64,000 bases of DNA, taken from sequence record OM456492.1. The stretch is one strand, 5' to 3'. Made by a program: the position numbers and the translations under genes. The notes beneath the pieces are model-generated. The model was not told where the DNA came from. It searched no databases and saw only the letters and a list, made by a program, of their open reading frames with translations. This document shows, one piece after another, positions 44,877 to 54,770 of the stretch; the first letter of the stretch is position 1; every line of letters starts with the position of its first letter.

Positions 44877-44902
44877 CAAAAGATGGGGCTCCGAAGAGCC
44901 CC
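44877..44902 (-). terminator. Possible terminator
   Basis: GGGGCTC-CGAA-GAGCCCC with a short U tract. Confidence 0.5.
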
Positions 44903-44907
44903 TAGAC

Positions 44908-45738
44908 TTAGCTGTTATAGTGGTAGTACGCCACGCCTTTCACGCCTTCCTCATCGATACCCGTTTGGATAACCACGCGGTCGTACGATTTGTTAGCGAA
45001 CTGTGCGGTGGAAGTCGGCACATCCTGAACGGTGTTGCTGTTCAGTGGCCCCGCGTAGTTCGGGATGCCCAGGTCATCCAACACCTTACGCAAACCAGCC
45101 CACTGCGGTAAGCCGGAAGCATCTACTGTCAGTAGGTTTTTATACGCGGTAAAGTCAATACCGTACGTCAACAAATCAATACACTTCTTACCGAGAGACG
45201 GCGAAATAGGCTCTTGAATCGCATTCAAAACATCCGATTTCACCGAAGTGTCTAGTACCGGTAAACCGCGGTTATAACGCAACGTCGCAGAACCGATATA
45301 CGCCGGGGATGTCGATAGCGCTGCGATGGTCTGTGTATTGGTGTAATTTGGGGTATTGGCACCCGCCAGTGAGTAGTTTTGGATATCGATTGCGGAGAAG
45401 TTTACTCCGTAAGTATCCAAGAGCACCGAAAAGGCTGAGTGGAGGTTGGGCGCGTCAAACGTGACGAACTGCGCCTGTACACTAGGACCCCAGGGTAATA
45501 ACCGCGCTAAGTTCACACGGTCGTAGTAAACGGTGATTGCGTCTCGAAATCCAGAACCCTGAATACCGCGCAAACGTGCCGACGTATTGCGGTTGTTGGA
45601 AGCTGCATTAACGGGAACCTGTGTCACTTTCTCCACGTAGCAGTTTGCCGGCGACGCTTTAATAGGTAGGTTTGGGTTATCCCGGTTAATGAGGTCAAAG
45701 ACCAACTCGTTTGACGGCTTAGCATAGTTGATCATCAA
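44908..45738 (-). CDS. Virion structural protein of the paralogous tail family
   Basis: INRDNP...RNT...YYDRVNL; C-terminal YGIDF...YYHYN domain. Confidence 0.8.
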   Translation of the reverse strand: MMINYAKPSNELVFDLINRDNPNLPIKASPANCYVEKVTQVPVNAASNNRNTSARLRGIQGSGFRDAITVYYDRVNLARLLPWGPSVQAQFVTFDAPNLHSAFSVLLDTYGVNFSAIDIQNYSLAGANTPNYTNTQTIAALSTSPAYIGSATLRYNRGLPVLDTSVKSDVLNAIQEPISPSLGKKCIDLLTYGIDFTAYKNLLTVDASGLPQWAGLRKVLDDLGIPNYAGPLNSNTVQDVPTSTAQFANKSYDRVVIQTGIDEEGVKGVAYYHYNS

Positions 45739-46626
45739 TTATACCTCGCTTGGATCGTCCAGATCGTTGAACTGGAGATACAACGTTCCGACGATGGTGG
45801 TACAGGTAACAGGTAGTTTCAGCACCAGCGCATACTTGTACTTCGCGTTTGTCGGCATTGCAACAGGGTCATTCAAACCAACGCTGATAACCTCCGCACC
45901 CGCCAAACCGTAGGAACCGGAGGTGGTCGCTAACCATGCAGTACCCGTAATATCTTTCAGCAGGTTAACCATATCCGTCAACGGCTGTCCGGACAGAATA
46001 CCTGGCGTGTATGCCAGCAGAGCATCACGGTACTTGGTGAAGTTATACGGGTAGGAATAAACCTCTGCAATGACCGCAGTAACGGTTTCGGAACCCATCT
46101 GACCGTTCGGGTATTTCAGACCGGTCAGGACGTTAGTGGTGACTGCAGAGACTAACGACTCATCACCTTTCACGACTTTAAATGTCGCCTGTCCAACCCA
46201 ACCGATAGACTCTGGATGTGCAACAATACGCACAGTTCCCTCAGTCTTATCGCCGTTCCATTCGATATCTGCGTCCTGCAGGTCAGCTTCTTCCAGAACA
46301 AAACCGTAACGTTGGTTCAGTCCAGGAATGGCAGCATACAAGGTTTCGTTGGATGGGCCGATCGCCAGCGTGTCGCCAATCAGCACTAACAAGTCTTCGA
46401 CTTTCATGCGATTGTAGAAGATATTTTTCTTACCCGACCAGGTAGAGCCCGTTACCCCATCTGCCGTAATTTTAATTTGCGTGTTACGGTTAGTCAGCGT
46501 TTCCTTCTCCGTACCACGGATGTCCTTTGGCGCGGACCAGGTGATGTCAGTCATCTTAACAGCAAGCGAGTTCTGTGCGTTCACTGCTGCCAACAGGACG
46601 TCTTTAGAAGGTTGATAAATAGCCAT
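45739..46626 (-). CDS. Virion structural protein of the paralogous tail family
   Basis: RNT...FYNRM; LTGLKYP linker; ends LYLQFND. Confidence 0.8.
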   Translation of the reverse strand: MAIYQPSKDVLLAAVNAQNSLAVKMTDITWSAPKDIRGTEKETLTNRNTQIKITADGVTGSTWSGKKNIFYNRMKVEDLLVLIGDTLAIGPSNETLYAAIPGLNQRYGFVLEEADLQDADIEWNGDKTEGTVRIVAHPESIGWVGQATFKVVKGDESLVSAVTTNVLTGLKYPNGQMGSETVTAVIAEVYSYPYNFTKYRDALLAYTPGILSGQPLTDMVNLLKDITGTAWLATTSGSYGLAGAEVISVGLNDPVAMPTNAKYKYALVLKLPVTCTTIVGTLYLQFNDLDDPSEV

Positions 46627-46636
46627 TCGCTAATTC

Positions 46637-47476
46637 CTAGTTGTTGTAGTGCAACATACACTCGCCGATTACTTTCGGGTCGTTCTGAATGCCGGTAATC
46701 AGCAATACGTTATCGTACGCTTTATTGGCGGTCGCCAACTCACTCGTTTTGTAGCGGGTAATTGTGCAGTTCGTCGGATCAAACGACGGTACCCCACGTG
46801 CGACCAATGTGGCCATCAGGTTGGACGTGTAACCCAAATCAAAGTTACTTCCCACGTCCATTCGCCCGTTCTTAAACGAGGCCATAACCTGCACTTCATC
46901 AGTAAAGTCTTCCCCGTACGTCAAGAAGCCCATGTATTTCTTACCAGTGCTTGCTGCTGCAGGGTGGTTCAAAGCCAACAAGATGTCGTTTACCACGAGG
47001 TCTTCGAGGTTATTCTTACCCCGGACAGACATAAAGGTGATACTGCCAGTGTATTGGATACAGCTAGCGTTAATACGCATCGTGTTGTTTACGTTCAGAT
47101 AAACGTATTGTTCTGGGATATCATCCGCAACCAGGTTTAATCCATAACGACCGTTCAGGTTCTGCGCAAACGCAGTACGTTTCGACTCCACGTTCAACCA
47201 ACCGTAGGCATTCGGTGCAGTTACCTGAGGTGTCATGTTCTTAAATAAGTCGTTCAGCGACAAGCGCTTATAACGGAACGTCTGGGGACCGATATAGCCA
47301 CGACCTTGACGACCACGAATGATAATCTCAGTGTTGGCACCGCTTGCTGTCGGTGTGATTGCTTTCGGCGTACCGATGATAGCATTGTCTAAACCCATCG
47401 GTAGCACAGCATCCGGGTTTTCGGCATTAATCGCATCGTACAGATATTGTCGCTGAGACAGACTATATAAAGCCAT
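46637..47476 (-). CDS. Virion structural protein of the paralogous tail family
   Basis: Start reassigned to MALYS (GAGGAGG RBS); YKRLSL; ends LHYNN. Confidence 0.8.
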   Translation of the reverse strand: MALYSLSQRQYLYDAINAENPDAVLPMGLDNAIIGTPKAITPTASGANTEIIIRGRQGRGYIGPQTFRYKRLSLNDLFKNMTPQVTAPNAYGWLNVESKRTAFAQNLNGRYGLNLVADDIPEQYVYLNVNNTMRINASCIQYTGSITFMSVRGKNNLEDLVVNDILLALNHPAAASTGKKYMGFLTYGEDFTDEVQVMASFKNGRMDVGSNFDLGYTSNLMATLVARGVPSFDPTNCTITRYKTSELATANKAYDNVLLITGIQNDPKVIGECMLHYNN

Positions 47477-47492
47477 AATAGCCTCCTCGGCC

Positions 47493-47532
47493 AAAAAAGA
47501 AAGGAGTAGCCAGGAGGAGGATTTCCTCCTCC
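47493..47532 (-). terminator. Intrinsic terminator
   Basis: GGAGGAGG/CCTCCTCC stem with a downstream U tract on the minus strand. Confidence 0.6.
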
Positions 47533-47545
47533 CAGCGAGGCCTAA

Positions 47546-48457
47546 TTAGGCATTAAAGTGCAGGTACATGATACCCTGGAAGTTGGTGCACAGAGTGTTA
47601 TCCAGCTGCAGCAGCAGAACCTGGGTGTAAGCAGTGTTTGCACCTTCAACCGGTTTCTTAGGATCATCGCCTGTAGCAGTGCCATCGTCAGTAGTAGAAC
47701 CAACGTACAACACGTTAGCACCTTTCAGGTTATAATCCGCAGGCTCATCAGATGCAACCCACAGTTCCGGCACAACTTTATTCAGCTCAACCGCGAATGC
47801 AGTGTCGGCAGCGATAACACCTTTCGTCTGTACTTTCAGGAATGCTGCGATTGCTGTGCAGTCTACACCGTAAGAGTAGATGTAACCCTGACCCTTCGCT
47901 TCGCTTGCACCATCTGGGTAAACCAGGCCGTCGAGCTTGGTTTGTGTTACCACCAGATTCAGACGTTCACCAACCTGAGGCTTAGCACCGATTTTAACCG
48001 GGATGCTGCCCAGATAAGCATAGCAGTCTTCTTTGAAGGTAATGACGTGGTCAACCGGTGCTGGGTCCGGATCGTTCGGGTTAGTCAGCGGCGGGTTGGT
48101 ATTTTCCGGAATAGCCGCCGGAACGATATCGTCTTCGGTCAGCTTCAATCCGTATTGGGTGTTCAGGGCCGTCAGCAGGTCTGTGGTGGTTTTCGGCAGT
48201 TTAACGTCGAGGTATGCTGTTACATTACGGAACAGCGCACTGCCTTCCAGGCGATTATAAGTCACGTCCTGAGTACCGATGTACCCGGAGTTCTTTTTCG
48301 CAGTCAGGGTCATGCTGGTATTGCGATCAGCACCTCCACCGCTAATAGGGGTCGGTGTGCCGAGCGTTATTTTAGAAAGTTCCAGTTCTGCGTCTGGGTT
48401 TTTCTCATTAATAAAATCCAGAACCAGCTGATCGGACGTTTTGTTTAAAGGTTTCAT
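47546..48457 (-). CDS. Virion structural protein of the paralogous tail family
   Basis: RNT...YNRL; LDGLVYP; YSYGVD; ends YLHFNA. Confidence 0.8.
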   Translation of the reverse strand: MKPLNKTSDQLVLDFINEKNPDAELELSKITLGTPTPISGGGADRNTSMTLTAKKNSGYIGTQDVTYNRLEGSALFRNVTAYLDVKLPKTTTDLLTALNTQYGLKLTEDDIVPAAIPENTNPPLTNPNDPDPAPVDHVITFKEDCYAYLGSIPVKIGAKPQVGERLNLVVTQTKLDGLVYPDGASEAKGQGYIYSYGVDCTAIAAFLKVQTKGVIAADTAFAVELNKVVPELWVASDEPADYNLKGANVLYVGSTTDDGTATGDDPKKPVEGANTAYTQVLLLQLDNTLCTNFQGIMYLHFNA

Positions 48458-48478
48458 TCTTACTTCCTTTACTCAGGA

Positions 48479-49324
48479 TTAATCAGGGTCGTTGTAATGC
48501 AAATACAAACGCCCGCCAAAATTCAGACAGTACAACGACAGCTCCACAATCAGCACGTTGTCGACTGCTGGGTTGGTTGGTAATTCCGCTTTGTTACGCC
48601 CGTTATAGACGACGACGGCTTCACGAAGGTTAAAGTCGATTGGGTTACGGTACGTTGTCCAGTTATCACCGGTGACCGTTTTGAGAATCTGCGCCAGACG
48701 TTCTGCGGTTATCGCAACACCTAGTCGTTGAAATTCCTCCGCGAAATTGTCAAAGCGCCAGGGATACGAATAAACTGCACCTTGACCGACCTTGATGTTG
48801 AAATACGGATACTCGTAAGGTGTCACTGTTAACGGTTCGAAGTTTGCAGGAAGCAAGGCATCGCCTGGTAACAGCTGTACCTGTTGTTGCCCTATCCAAC
48901 CTAAAGAAGTGGGCGTGGCAATCAGATCCACACGCCATGTCTTCCTGTCGATTTCGGTATTCACCACATCTGCGGGTTTAAGGCTGAGACCGTAATACTG
49001 GTTAATTAACCCGACCACGTCATGCATCTGGTAAACAGCATCGAGACGTGCAGGAACACGTAAAGGTTGAATCCCATCCGGATCGGTAAACATGTCTGCG
49101 AAGTCAACACGATCGTAGTACACGGTAGTGGCACCGATAGCATTAGCCGTGGCCAATGCCTGAATGCGCACCATCGCGTTGTGACCGTTAGCTTTTGCCA
49201 GGTCTTCGTCAGACGTCGGAATCGCAGGGACACCAAAAACAACATCTTCGACTTTTAAATCGAGATTGTTTTCGACGTTAACTTCCGCGATAATAATCTT
49301 TTCAGCTGTGGCTAAAAGTGGCAT
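48479..49324 (-). CDS. Virion structural protein of the paralogous tail family
   Basis: YYDRV; YSYPW; ends YLHYND. Confidence 0.8.
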   Translation of the reverse strand: MPLLATAEKIIIAEVNVENNLDLKVEDVVFGVPAIPTSDEDLAKANGHNAMVRIQALATANAIGATTVYYDRVDFADMFTDPDGIQPLRVPARLDAVYQMHDVVGLINQYYGLSLKPADVVNTEIDRKTWRVDLIATPTSLGWIGQQQVQLLPGDALLPANFEPLTVTPYEYPYFNIKVGQGAVYSYPWRFDNFAEEFQRLGVAITAERLAQILKTVTGDNWTTYRNPIDFNLREAVVVYNGRNKAELPTNPAVDNVLIVELSLYCLNFGGRLYLHYNDPD

Positions 49325-49334
49325 GTCAAAATCC

Positions 49335-50177
49335 TTATATCGGGAGATAATGAAGGATGAGATTACCGGCGTAGTTGCTGTCTGCAGCTAGCTTGATAAT
49401 CGCCACACGCTGATAATCGGGGTTGTAACTATCGTTCGGTGTGACTGAAGTTATCCCCATAAATCGTGCACCTTGAAGCGCAATTTGTTCAGGTTGCGCA
49501 TTCGCCCCCGTCACATATGCAAACTTTAATGGCACCACTTCATTCAGCAACTCAACATCCGCTGCAGTGATTGCACGGTTGTAAGCCCAATCGGTAGTGA
49601 ACTGTTTTTGCAGTTCAGTCCAATCGTAGCCATATGCCACATATTCAGCCTGCGGTTTATCGGCAACCACGAACGGTGCGATAATTGCGCTGAGGTCAAC
49701 ATCCGTCACCACATCCGCCAAGTTCGGGAAGAACTTCGCAAAGCGTAAACGGAAACCACCTTGCCAGGCCAAGCAACCAGGCTTAATAGTCACATCGATT
49801 AACCAGCTTTCTCCCAAATCTTTTACTGACTGGTCAACGATATCGTCGGCAGCTAAAGACAAGCCGTATTTCGCATTCAGAAACGGCAACAACTCAGAGA
49901 GTTTATTTACCGGGTCGGCAACGACTACTGGTATTACGTTCCTGAACAGAATTTCCATTTCGATACGGTCGTATTCGAGCGTAACGTTGCCTTTGTAGCC
50001 TTTGCCGTTCAACCCGTATAAGAGCACACGTGTATTCCGGTCAGCGCCAGGCGTTTGGACAGACTCAGGGAAGCCAGTTGCAACCTGCTCCCATGTGAGT
50101 GGATTGGCCGTTAATCCGTTCTGTCGGTTAATAGCATCTAACAACATCTCTTTCGAGGGCTTATCGTAAATAGACAC
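49335..50177 (-). CDS. Virion structural protein of the paralogous tail family
   Basis: RNT...YDRI; AYGYDW; ends ILHYLP. Confidence 0.8.
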   Translation of the reverse strand: MSIYDKPSKEMLLDAINRQNGLTANPLTWEQVATGFPESVQTPGADRNTRVLLYGLNGKGYKGNVTLEYDRIEMEILFRNVIPVVVADPVNKLSELLPFLNAKYGLSLAADDIVDQSVKDLGESWLIDVTIKPGCLAWQGGFRLRFAKFFPNLADVVTDVDLSAIIAPFVVADKPQAEYVAYGYDWTELQKQFTTDWAYNRAITAADVELLNEVVPLKFAYVTGANAQPEQIALQGARFMGITSVTPNDSYNPDYQRVAIIKLAADSNYAGNLILHYLPI

Positions 50178-50187
50178 CTATACCCTC

Positions 50188-50985
50188 CTAGTTGTTAAAG
50201 TGTAAGTTGAGGTTGCCCTGGAAGTTCGTGCATTTATCGGTCAGTTGCACTGACACGACTTTCGCGAACGCCGTATTTGCTCCCGGTAAGTCTGCAGGTA
50301 CGCCGTCGAATACGACAGTGGCACCACGCAAGTTATACGGGGATGGGGCATCTTCAGCCACCCAAATCTCAGGAACACATTTGTTGAGTTCGACTGCTAA
50401 CGCCGTGTCATCTACCTCGATACCGACCGCTAAGAGGCTCAGGAAACGAGAGATGTGGCTGCAATCGATGTCACGCGAATAGATATACGCCTGACCCAAC
50501 TGGATGTCCTGGTGATCCGGGTACAGAAGACCGCTCAACTCTGTATTGGTTATTACTTCTGCCAGAGGTGTAGCAGGTTTCAGCTCGATGACCGCTTGAC
50601 TTCGCCACTCGTGGGAAGTCTCAACAGCAACGACTGTGTGAGTCTGTCCATCGATGGGGTTATCTTCGATATCCTCAGGTAAGATAGACAGATTAAAACG
50701 CTCGTTAATCGCCGCGAGTAAGTCGTGCGTGGTATGCACGTCCTCATCGCCAAAGGCAACATCGCCTTTAAGGTAGTCCTCTAATGGACGACGATGATAG
50801 TCCACAATCACTTGCGTACCTTCATCACCGCGCATTTTCGAGGTTAGTACCACCTCAGAATCACGACCGTCTACTGACACAACCTCCGGCAGTCCGATAT
50901 CAACATCGTCAAAGGTAAGCGGTGGGCTTATCTTATTCTCTTCGTTGATGAGTTTTAGCAGATTCTGTTTTGAAGTAAAAGACAT
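50188..50985 (-). CDS. Virion structural protein of the paralogous tail family
   Basis: YHRR; LSGLLYP; YIYSRD; ends LHFNN; C-terminal half closely similar to 47546..48457. Confidence 0.8.
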   Translation of the reverse strand: MSFTSKQNLLKLINEENKISPPLTFDDVDIGLPEVVSVDGRDSEVVLTSKMRGDEGTQVIVDYHRRPLEDYLKGDVAFGDEDVHTTHDLLAAINERFNLSILPEDIEDNPIDGQTHTVVAVETSHEWRSQAVIELKPATPLAEVITNTELSGLLYPDHQDIQLGQAYIYSRDIDCSHISRFLSLLAVGIEVDDTALAVELNKCVPEIWVAEDAPSPYNLRGATVVFDGVPADLPGANTAFAKVVSVQLTDKCTNFQGNLNLHFNN

Positions 50986-51105
50986 CGCGTTAACTCGAGT
51001 TAAGGGATTATTGAGGTCGTAAGATTTTTAGACCTCCTGCCAGCATATTAAAAGGTTAGTACGTACCAGAATTTGAACAAGAGCAAACAAAAAAGAAAAG
51101 GAAAC

Positions 51106-51139
51106 AAAAAAAGAAGGGGAGCCGAAGCTCCCTTTTCTT
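51106..51139 (-). terminator. Intrinsic terminator
   Basis: GGGAGC-CGAA-GCTCCC with long A tracts on the + strand. Confidence 0.75.
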
Positions 51140-51163
51140 CACAACTTTATCACCAATCGCCGA

Positions 51164-51382
51164 TTAACAGACCCACACAAGGCCGTTATTCTTTGGGCGG
51201 TCTTTAACACCGTAGGTTACTTCAACATTATCAATCGTTTTCTCGCCGTCTTTCATTGTCTTCATGAAAGCTTTGGCTTCTGCTGCAGACATTTTCAGCA
51301 GCAGGTCAATCATGTCTGGCTTACGTTTGGCTGCGGTTTCAACAACAGGTTTGATTTCAGATTTGGAGAACAGGTTGCGCAT
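51164..51382 (-). CDS. Hypothetical protein
   Basis: 72-aa ORF with AAGGA RBS. Confidence 0.7.
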   Translation of the reverse strand: MRNLFSKSEIKPVVETAAKRKPDMIDLLLKMSAAEAKAFMKTMKDGEKTIDNVEVTYGVKDRPKNNGLVWVC

Positions 51383-51443
51383 GGGATATTCCTTTTTTGT
51401 AGATTGTAGGTGAATTGGCGGGACTTTGCCCGCCGGGTTATTA

Positions 51444-51890
51444 TTAGTGTACTTCTTTTTCTAAACGCAGGCGATGTGTTGCTAAGGCAACCGCGCGGTT
51501 TTCGAATTCAAGACTGAATGGGCTGATTTGTGCCATGTATTTCTTTACGACATCGTCAGAGACAACTTGACGACGATAATCACGAATCATTTCAGCAAAG
51601 CTGCTAGTAGGAAGTTCGTCGTATTCGATTTCCATACCACGTCTATTGATGTAGTACGAAGCAATCATGTCGTTAAACATTACATCGCCGGCTTCACCTA
51701 GAGGGAACTCGTCGCGAGTAGGTTCTGTGGTCTGGAACGTGGCTTCTTTGGCGTTAGCGATAATCTCTTCGAAGTCCTCAGTAGTGAATTCGCTAGGGTC
51801 TTGTTTGTTGGCCGCCATCACGATTAGGAAAGAAATCATAATCGGGTTTTTGCTAGCGTATTTAGTAAGTTCGTTATTCAGAATGTACAT
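51444..51890 (-). CDS. Hypothetical protein (probably early)
   Basis: 148 aa, AGGAG RBS, directly downstream of a TATATTAC promoter. Confidence 0.8.
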   Translation of the reverse strand: MYILNNELTKYASKNPIMISFLIVMAANKQDPSEFTTEDFEEIIANAKEATFQTTEPTRDEFPLGEAGDVMFNDMIASYYINRRGMEIEYDELPTSSFAEMIRDYRRQVVSDDVVKKYMAQISPFSLEFENRAVALATHRLRLEKEVH

Positions 51891-51941
51891 GTTAAAACTC
51901 CTTAAGATAATGGTCGATTAGATAAGAGTTAATTGTTAACT

Positions 51942-51964
51942 CTCACCTAAGTAATATATATCTG
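51942..51964 (-). promoter_or_regulatory. Putative early promoter, copy 2
   Basis: Minus strand CAGATATATATTACTTAGGTGAG, 22/23 identical to 668-690. Confidence 0.75.
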
Positions 51965-51988
51965 AAAATAATTGTAATCGGACTAGAC

Positions 51989-52025
51989 AAAAAAAGAAGA
52001 AACCCTACTCCCGAAGGAGTAGGGT
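51989..52025 (-). terminator. Intrinsic terminator
   Basis: ACCCTACTCC-CGAA-GGAGTAGGGT plus U tract. Confidence 0.8.
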
Positions 52026-52065
52026 GCTGCTTTATTGACCGCTTTTGGGATAAGTGCCTCTCAAG

Positions 52066-52506
52066 TCAATCGGCCACGTAATCGCGTAAGAGTTTCCGGG
52101 CTGCTACTGTAGCAGAAACTTGCTCTTTATTAGCGTTAATGCCGATGCCATTAAAACGTTTTAGTTTGTCTAAGAAAACGCTAATGTTTTCTTTCGGCAT
52201 AGGGCGTGGGAACTTACGCAGAAAATAAAGTTGTTCGCGGCCAGGCACCCAACTGAGTACCCAGCACGCTTTCAGTGTACGGAAGATATCACGGTAGGGT
52301 TTCTTCTCTTGAAAGAAGTCCCCTTTTAACTGACAACGGTCTTCAACCATTGCCTGGAGTTGGGTGGCTACGTTGGCCATTGCCGACCAGCTGATAAGAC
52401 GACTACGGTGTTTACCCACGTAGAGACGTCCACCTGTAACACGACGGGACTCCGGATGTACTATTTTGACAAACTGTAATCTTTTCTGTTTGCGTGGCTT
52501 TAACAT
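52066..52506 (-). CDS. Basic hypothetical protein
   Basis: 146 aa, AGGAG RBS. Confidence 0.7.
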   Translation of the reverse strand: MLKPRKQKRLQFVKIVHPESRRVTGGRLYVGKHRSRLISWSAMANVATQLQAMVEDRCQLKGDFFQEKKPYRDIFRTLKACWVLSWVPGREQLYFLRKFPRPMPKENISVFLDKLKRFNGIGINANKEQVSATVAARKLLRDYVAD

Positions 52507-52533
52507 TTAAATACTCCTTAAGGGGCTATGACA

Positions 52534-52866
52534 CTACGGCCGTACAGTTAACATTTCTCTCAGATCGGTCACATCGAGCTTAGCAATCATGGGTGACGTC
52601 GTGATGTGTGCGCAACGAGGCTGTACTCGGTACGCCTCAAGTGGAAAAGGTTTGTTAAATGCTTTTATCTGGTCGCGGCGGAGCTTCTCCATCGCACGTT
52701 TGGCTAATGTCCTTTTTAAAGGTGACCACTTCGCTGCTAAACCGAGAATGATAACATCGACGATTAGCTGGTTCTCTTGATACTCGAATGTACCAATGAG
52801 TTTCTTACCTTTATAGAGTCGCGCACGTCCCTGCTGGAACACGACTGACGTTCGTTTCGTTTTCAT
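52534..52866 (-). CDS. Hypothetical protein
   Basis: 110-aa ORF in the co-oriented run. Confidence 0.7.
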   Translation of the reverse strand: MKTKRTSVVFQQGRARLYKGKKLIGTFEYQENQLIVDVIILGLAAKWSPLKRTLAKRAMEKLRRDQIKAFNKPFPLEAYRVQPRCAHITTSPMIAKLDVTDLREMLTVRP

Positions 52867-52909
52867 TGCTTGTGGTTTCCATGGTTAAAGGGAAAACGAA
52901 CTGTTATTT

Positions 52910-53311
52910 TTACTCATCTTTTACCTCGAAACCGTGACTACGAAAATACTCGATGGCCGCAGAACGTTTACCTACGCAGGAGAGTTTTTCATAGAGTAAC
53001 TCAAGGAGTGTCTTTGGTTCCCAACGCTGCTCTATGAAATAGATTAGGGCACCCAGGTTCCATCCCAACATCTTATCACGCAGATCCGCATCTCGTCGGG
53101 CATCCCGTAGCTCGTCTTCGAGTTTCCGGTTCTTAGACTGTTCCTCAGAAAGTAATCGCGTAAGCTTGCGGCGTTCTTCGAAAGATTCATCGAGATTTCT
53201 TTTCCACGCTTCTTTCGAAATTTCCAACTCAGTCTTTGATAGGCTGAGTTCCAATTCCAGTATTTCTAATTGGCGGCGCAACTGTTTTTTCTCCTGAAAC
53301 AGGCCGAACAT
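52910..53311 (-). CDS. Coiled-coil hypothetical protein
   Basis: Start reassigned to MFGLFQ (AGGAG RBS); heptad-rich. Confidence 0.7.
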   Translation of the reverse strand: MFGLFQEKKQLRRQLEILELELSLSKTELEISKEAWKRNLDESFEERRKLTRLLSEEQSKNRKLEDELRDARRDADLRDKMLGWNLGALIYFIEQRWEPKTLLELLYEKLSCVGKRSAAIEYFRSHGFEVKDE

Positions 53312-53387
53312 GTTTTCTCCTTGCAATAGCTCTATCGATTCTGTTACGAACTTCTGCTAACGATAATGGTTCCAACTTAAAATCCAT
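53229..53387 (-). CDS. Possible small overlapping protein (52 aa)
   Basis: GGAGG RBS before MDFKLEPLSL, but it overlaps the next gene by about 80 nt. Confidence 0.4.
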   Translation of the reverse strand: MDFKLEPLSLAEVRNRIDRAIARRKHVRPVSGEKTVAPPIRNTGIGTQPIKD

Positions 53388-53697
53388 TGCGACCTCCCTG
53401 TGCGATGTATAACGCACATTTCGCATTGAGTGCTTCGATATTAGCGATAAGTATCATCACCCCGCCGAGTGTGCGCGGTACGCGAACTGCTTCGTATTCA
53501 CGCCCTTGCGTGCGGACACAATATTCATCGCCCAGGAACGCGATTTCGTAATACTCAGCACGTAACGGTACAAATGACTGTAGCAACATATCTGCGGTTT
53601 GATAGTCGTCAGTCAGTTTCCCGCCCTCGAGTAAATATTTCTGAATCTCGTGAATAGTCAGTCCCCGTAATGAAATAGACACCGGCTTCTCCTTCAT
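53377..53697 (-). CDS. Hypothetical protein
   Basis: 106-aa ORF. Confidence 0.7.
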   Translation of the reverse strand: MKEKPVSISLRGLTIHEIQKYLLEGGKLTDDYQTADMLLQSFVPLRAEYYEIAFLGDEYCVRTQGREYEAVRVPRTLGGVMILIANIEALNAKCALYIAQGGRNGF

Positions 53698-54034
53698 GGT
53701 CGATTAATAACAGTTCAGGTGGTACGTCGTAGTCGATGGGTGCGGACTCCTCCATCGCGCCATACAATCGCTGATAGAACTCTCTGGAAGTTTCCAGGTG
53801 CCCTCTTGACACGTGTTCGATATGCGGTACTTTAGGATGATAAAACTCGCCATAAGTTATCGCTAACTCGACAAACCATAGACATAGTTCTCTTGGCCCG
53901 TACCGGTTATAAAACTTCATCACCCCAACATCAAACATCTTGTTGTAATGCGGTAAATCACGATAACGAAGTTTTAGTGTACCTACACCGATGCGTTGAA
54001 GCTCGATAGAGATAGCTACGTCTATGGTTACCAT
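53609..54034 (-). CDS. Hypothetical protein
   Basis: 141-aa ORF, overlapping the next gene. Confidence 0.65.
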   Translation of the reverse strand: MVTIDVAISIELQRIGVGTLKLRYRDLPHYNKMFDVGVMKFYNRYGPRELCLWFVELAITYGEFYHPKVPHIEHVSRGHLETSREFYQRLYGAMEESAPIDYDVPPELLLIDHEGEAGVYFITGTDYSRDSEIFTRGRETD

Positions 54035-54057
54035 TCACAGTCACCCTTATCCGCCGA

Positions 54058-54441
54058 TCAGTTAAATCCGCTGTATTCGTCAATGGTGCCGTCTTTGATG
54101 TACACGCCCGGCGTCAGTGCGACTTTACGCGGATCTTTATCAGCACGCTCGCCGTTACACTGGACATTCCATTCGTTGGTTAAACGTTCCATTTCACGAC
54201 TTGCATACAGCCGCACATTCGTAACTAACTCGCTGGCTTCGCCCAGGTGCGACGCATGGAGCACGCTGTTTTCCAGCCCGTAAAGTTTAGCGAGTAGAAT
54301 CTTGTTAAGTTCTAACGCTGCTTTTGCAACGAGCGCATACCCTTGACGTTGCCCTTCTGTGCTTGCATTCAGTAACGTCAGCTGATGGTTTTTCATGTGT
54401 TCGATTGCCAGTGCTAAGTCGGTGTTCGTTGGCATTTCCAT
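54058..54441 (-). CDS. Hypothetical protein
   Basis: 127 aa, translationally coupled. Confidence 0.7.
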   Translation of the reverse strand: MEMPTNTDLALAIEHMKNHQLTLLNASTEGQRQGYALVAKAALELNKILLAKLYGLENSVLHASHLGEASELVTNVRLYASREMERLTNEWNVQCNGERADKDPRKVALTPGVYIKDGTIDEYSGFN

Positions 54442-54761
54442 TAGTATTTATCCTCACGGTTGCTAAACTCTTCTAACATCTCGTCGTACGCATTCCTGGT
54501 ATCTTTTAATCCCTGGACGGCCGCGTCATAGACGCGACGCGCAGGAGACGTAAGATGGTAGTGTCCAATACGTTCGATAATATCGTGGCACCGGCTAATG
54601 TGCGTACAAAGCCTACTCGCGTTAACACCCAGTTTCGCGAGGTCGTGTCTTAACTGCAAGTTATCGGCCTGTACACGACGGATAGCGGCAGCCAATTCTC
54701 GGTTTTCTTCGTACAGTTGTTTTTGTCGCTTGTTAATCAGCGCAAGTAACCAGTTCAACAT
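54441..54761 (-). CDS. Hypothetical coiled-coil protein
   Basis: 106 aa, GGGGGAGG RBS. Confidence 0.7.
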   Translation of the reverse strand: MLNWLLALINKRQKQLYEENRELAAAIRRVQADNLQLRHDLAKLGVNASRLCTHISRCHDIIERIGHYHLTSPARRVYDAAVQGLKDTRNAYDEMLEEFSNREDKY

Positions 54762-54770
54762 CCTCCCCCC

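Noticed and set aside
47558-48448. 296-aa antisense ORF
   Set aside because: Mirrors a well-supported structural gene codon for codon; a typical codon-bias artefact.
6344-52025. Similar CCCTACTCC/GGAGTAGGG stems at several sites (6344, 27559, 28775, 52002)
   Set aside because: Explained as ordinary intrinsic terminators next to stop codons, not a mobile repeat.
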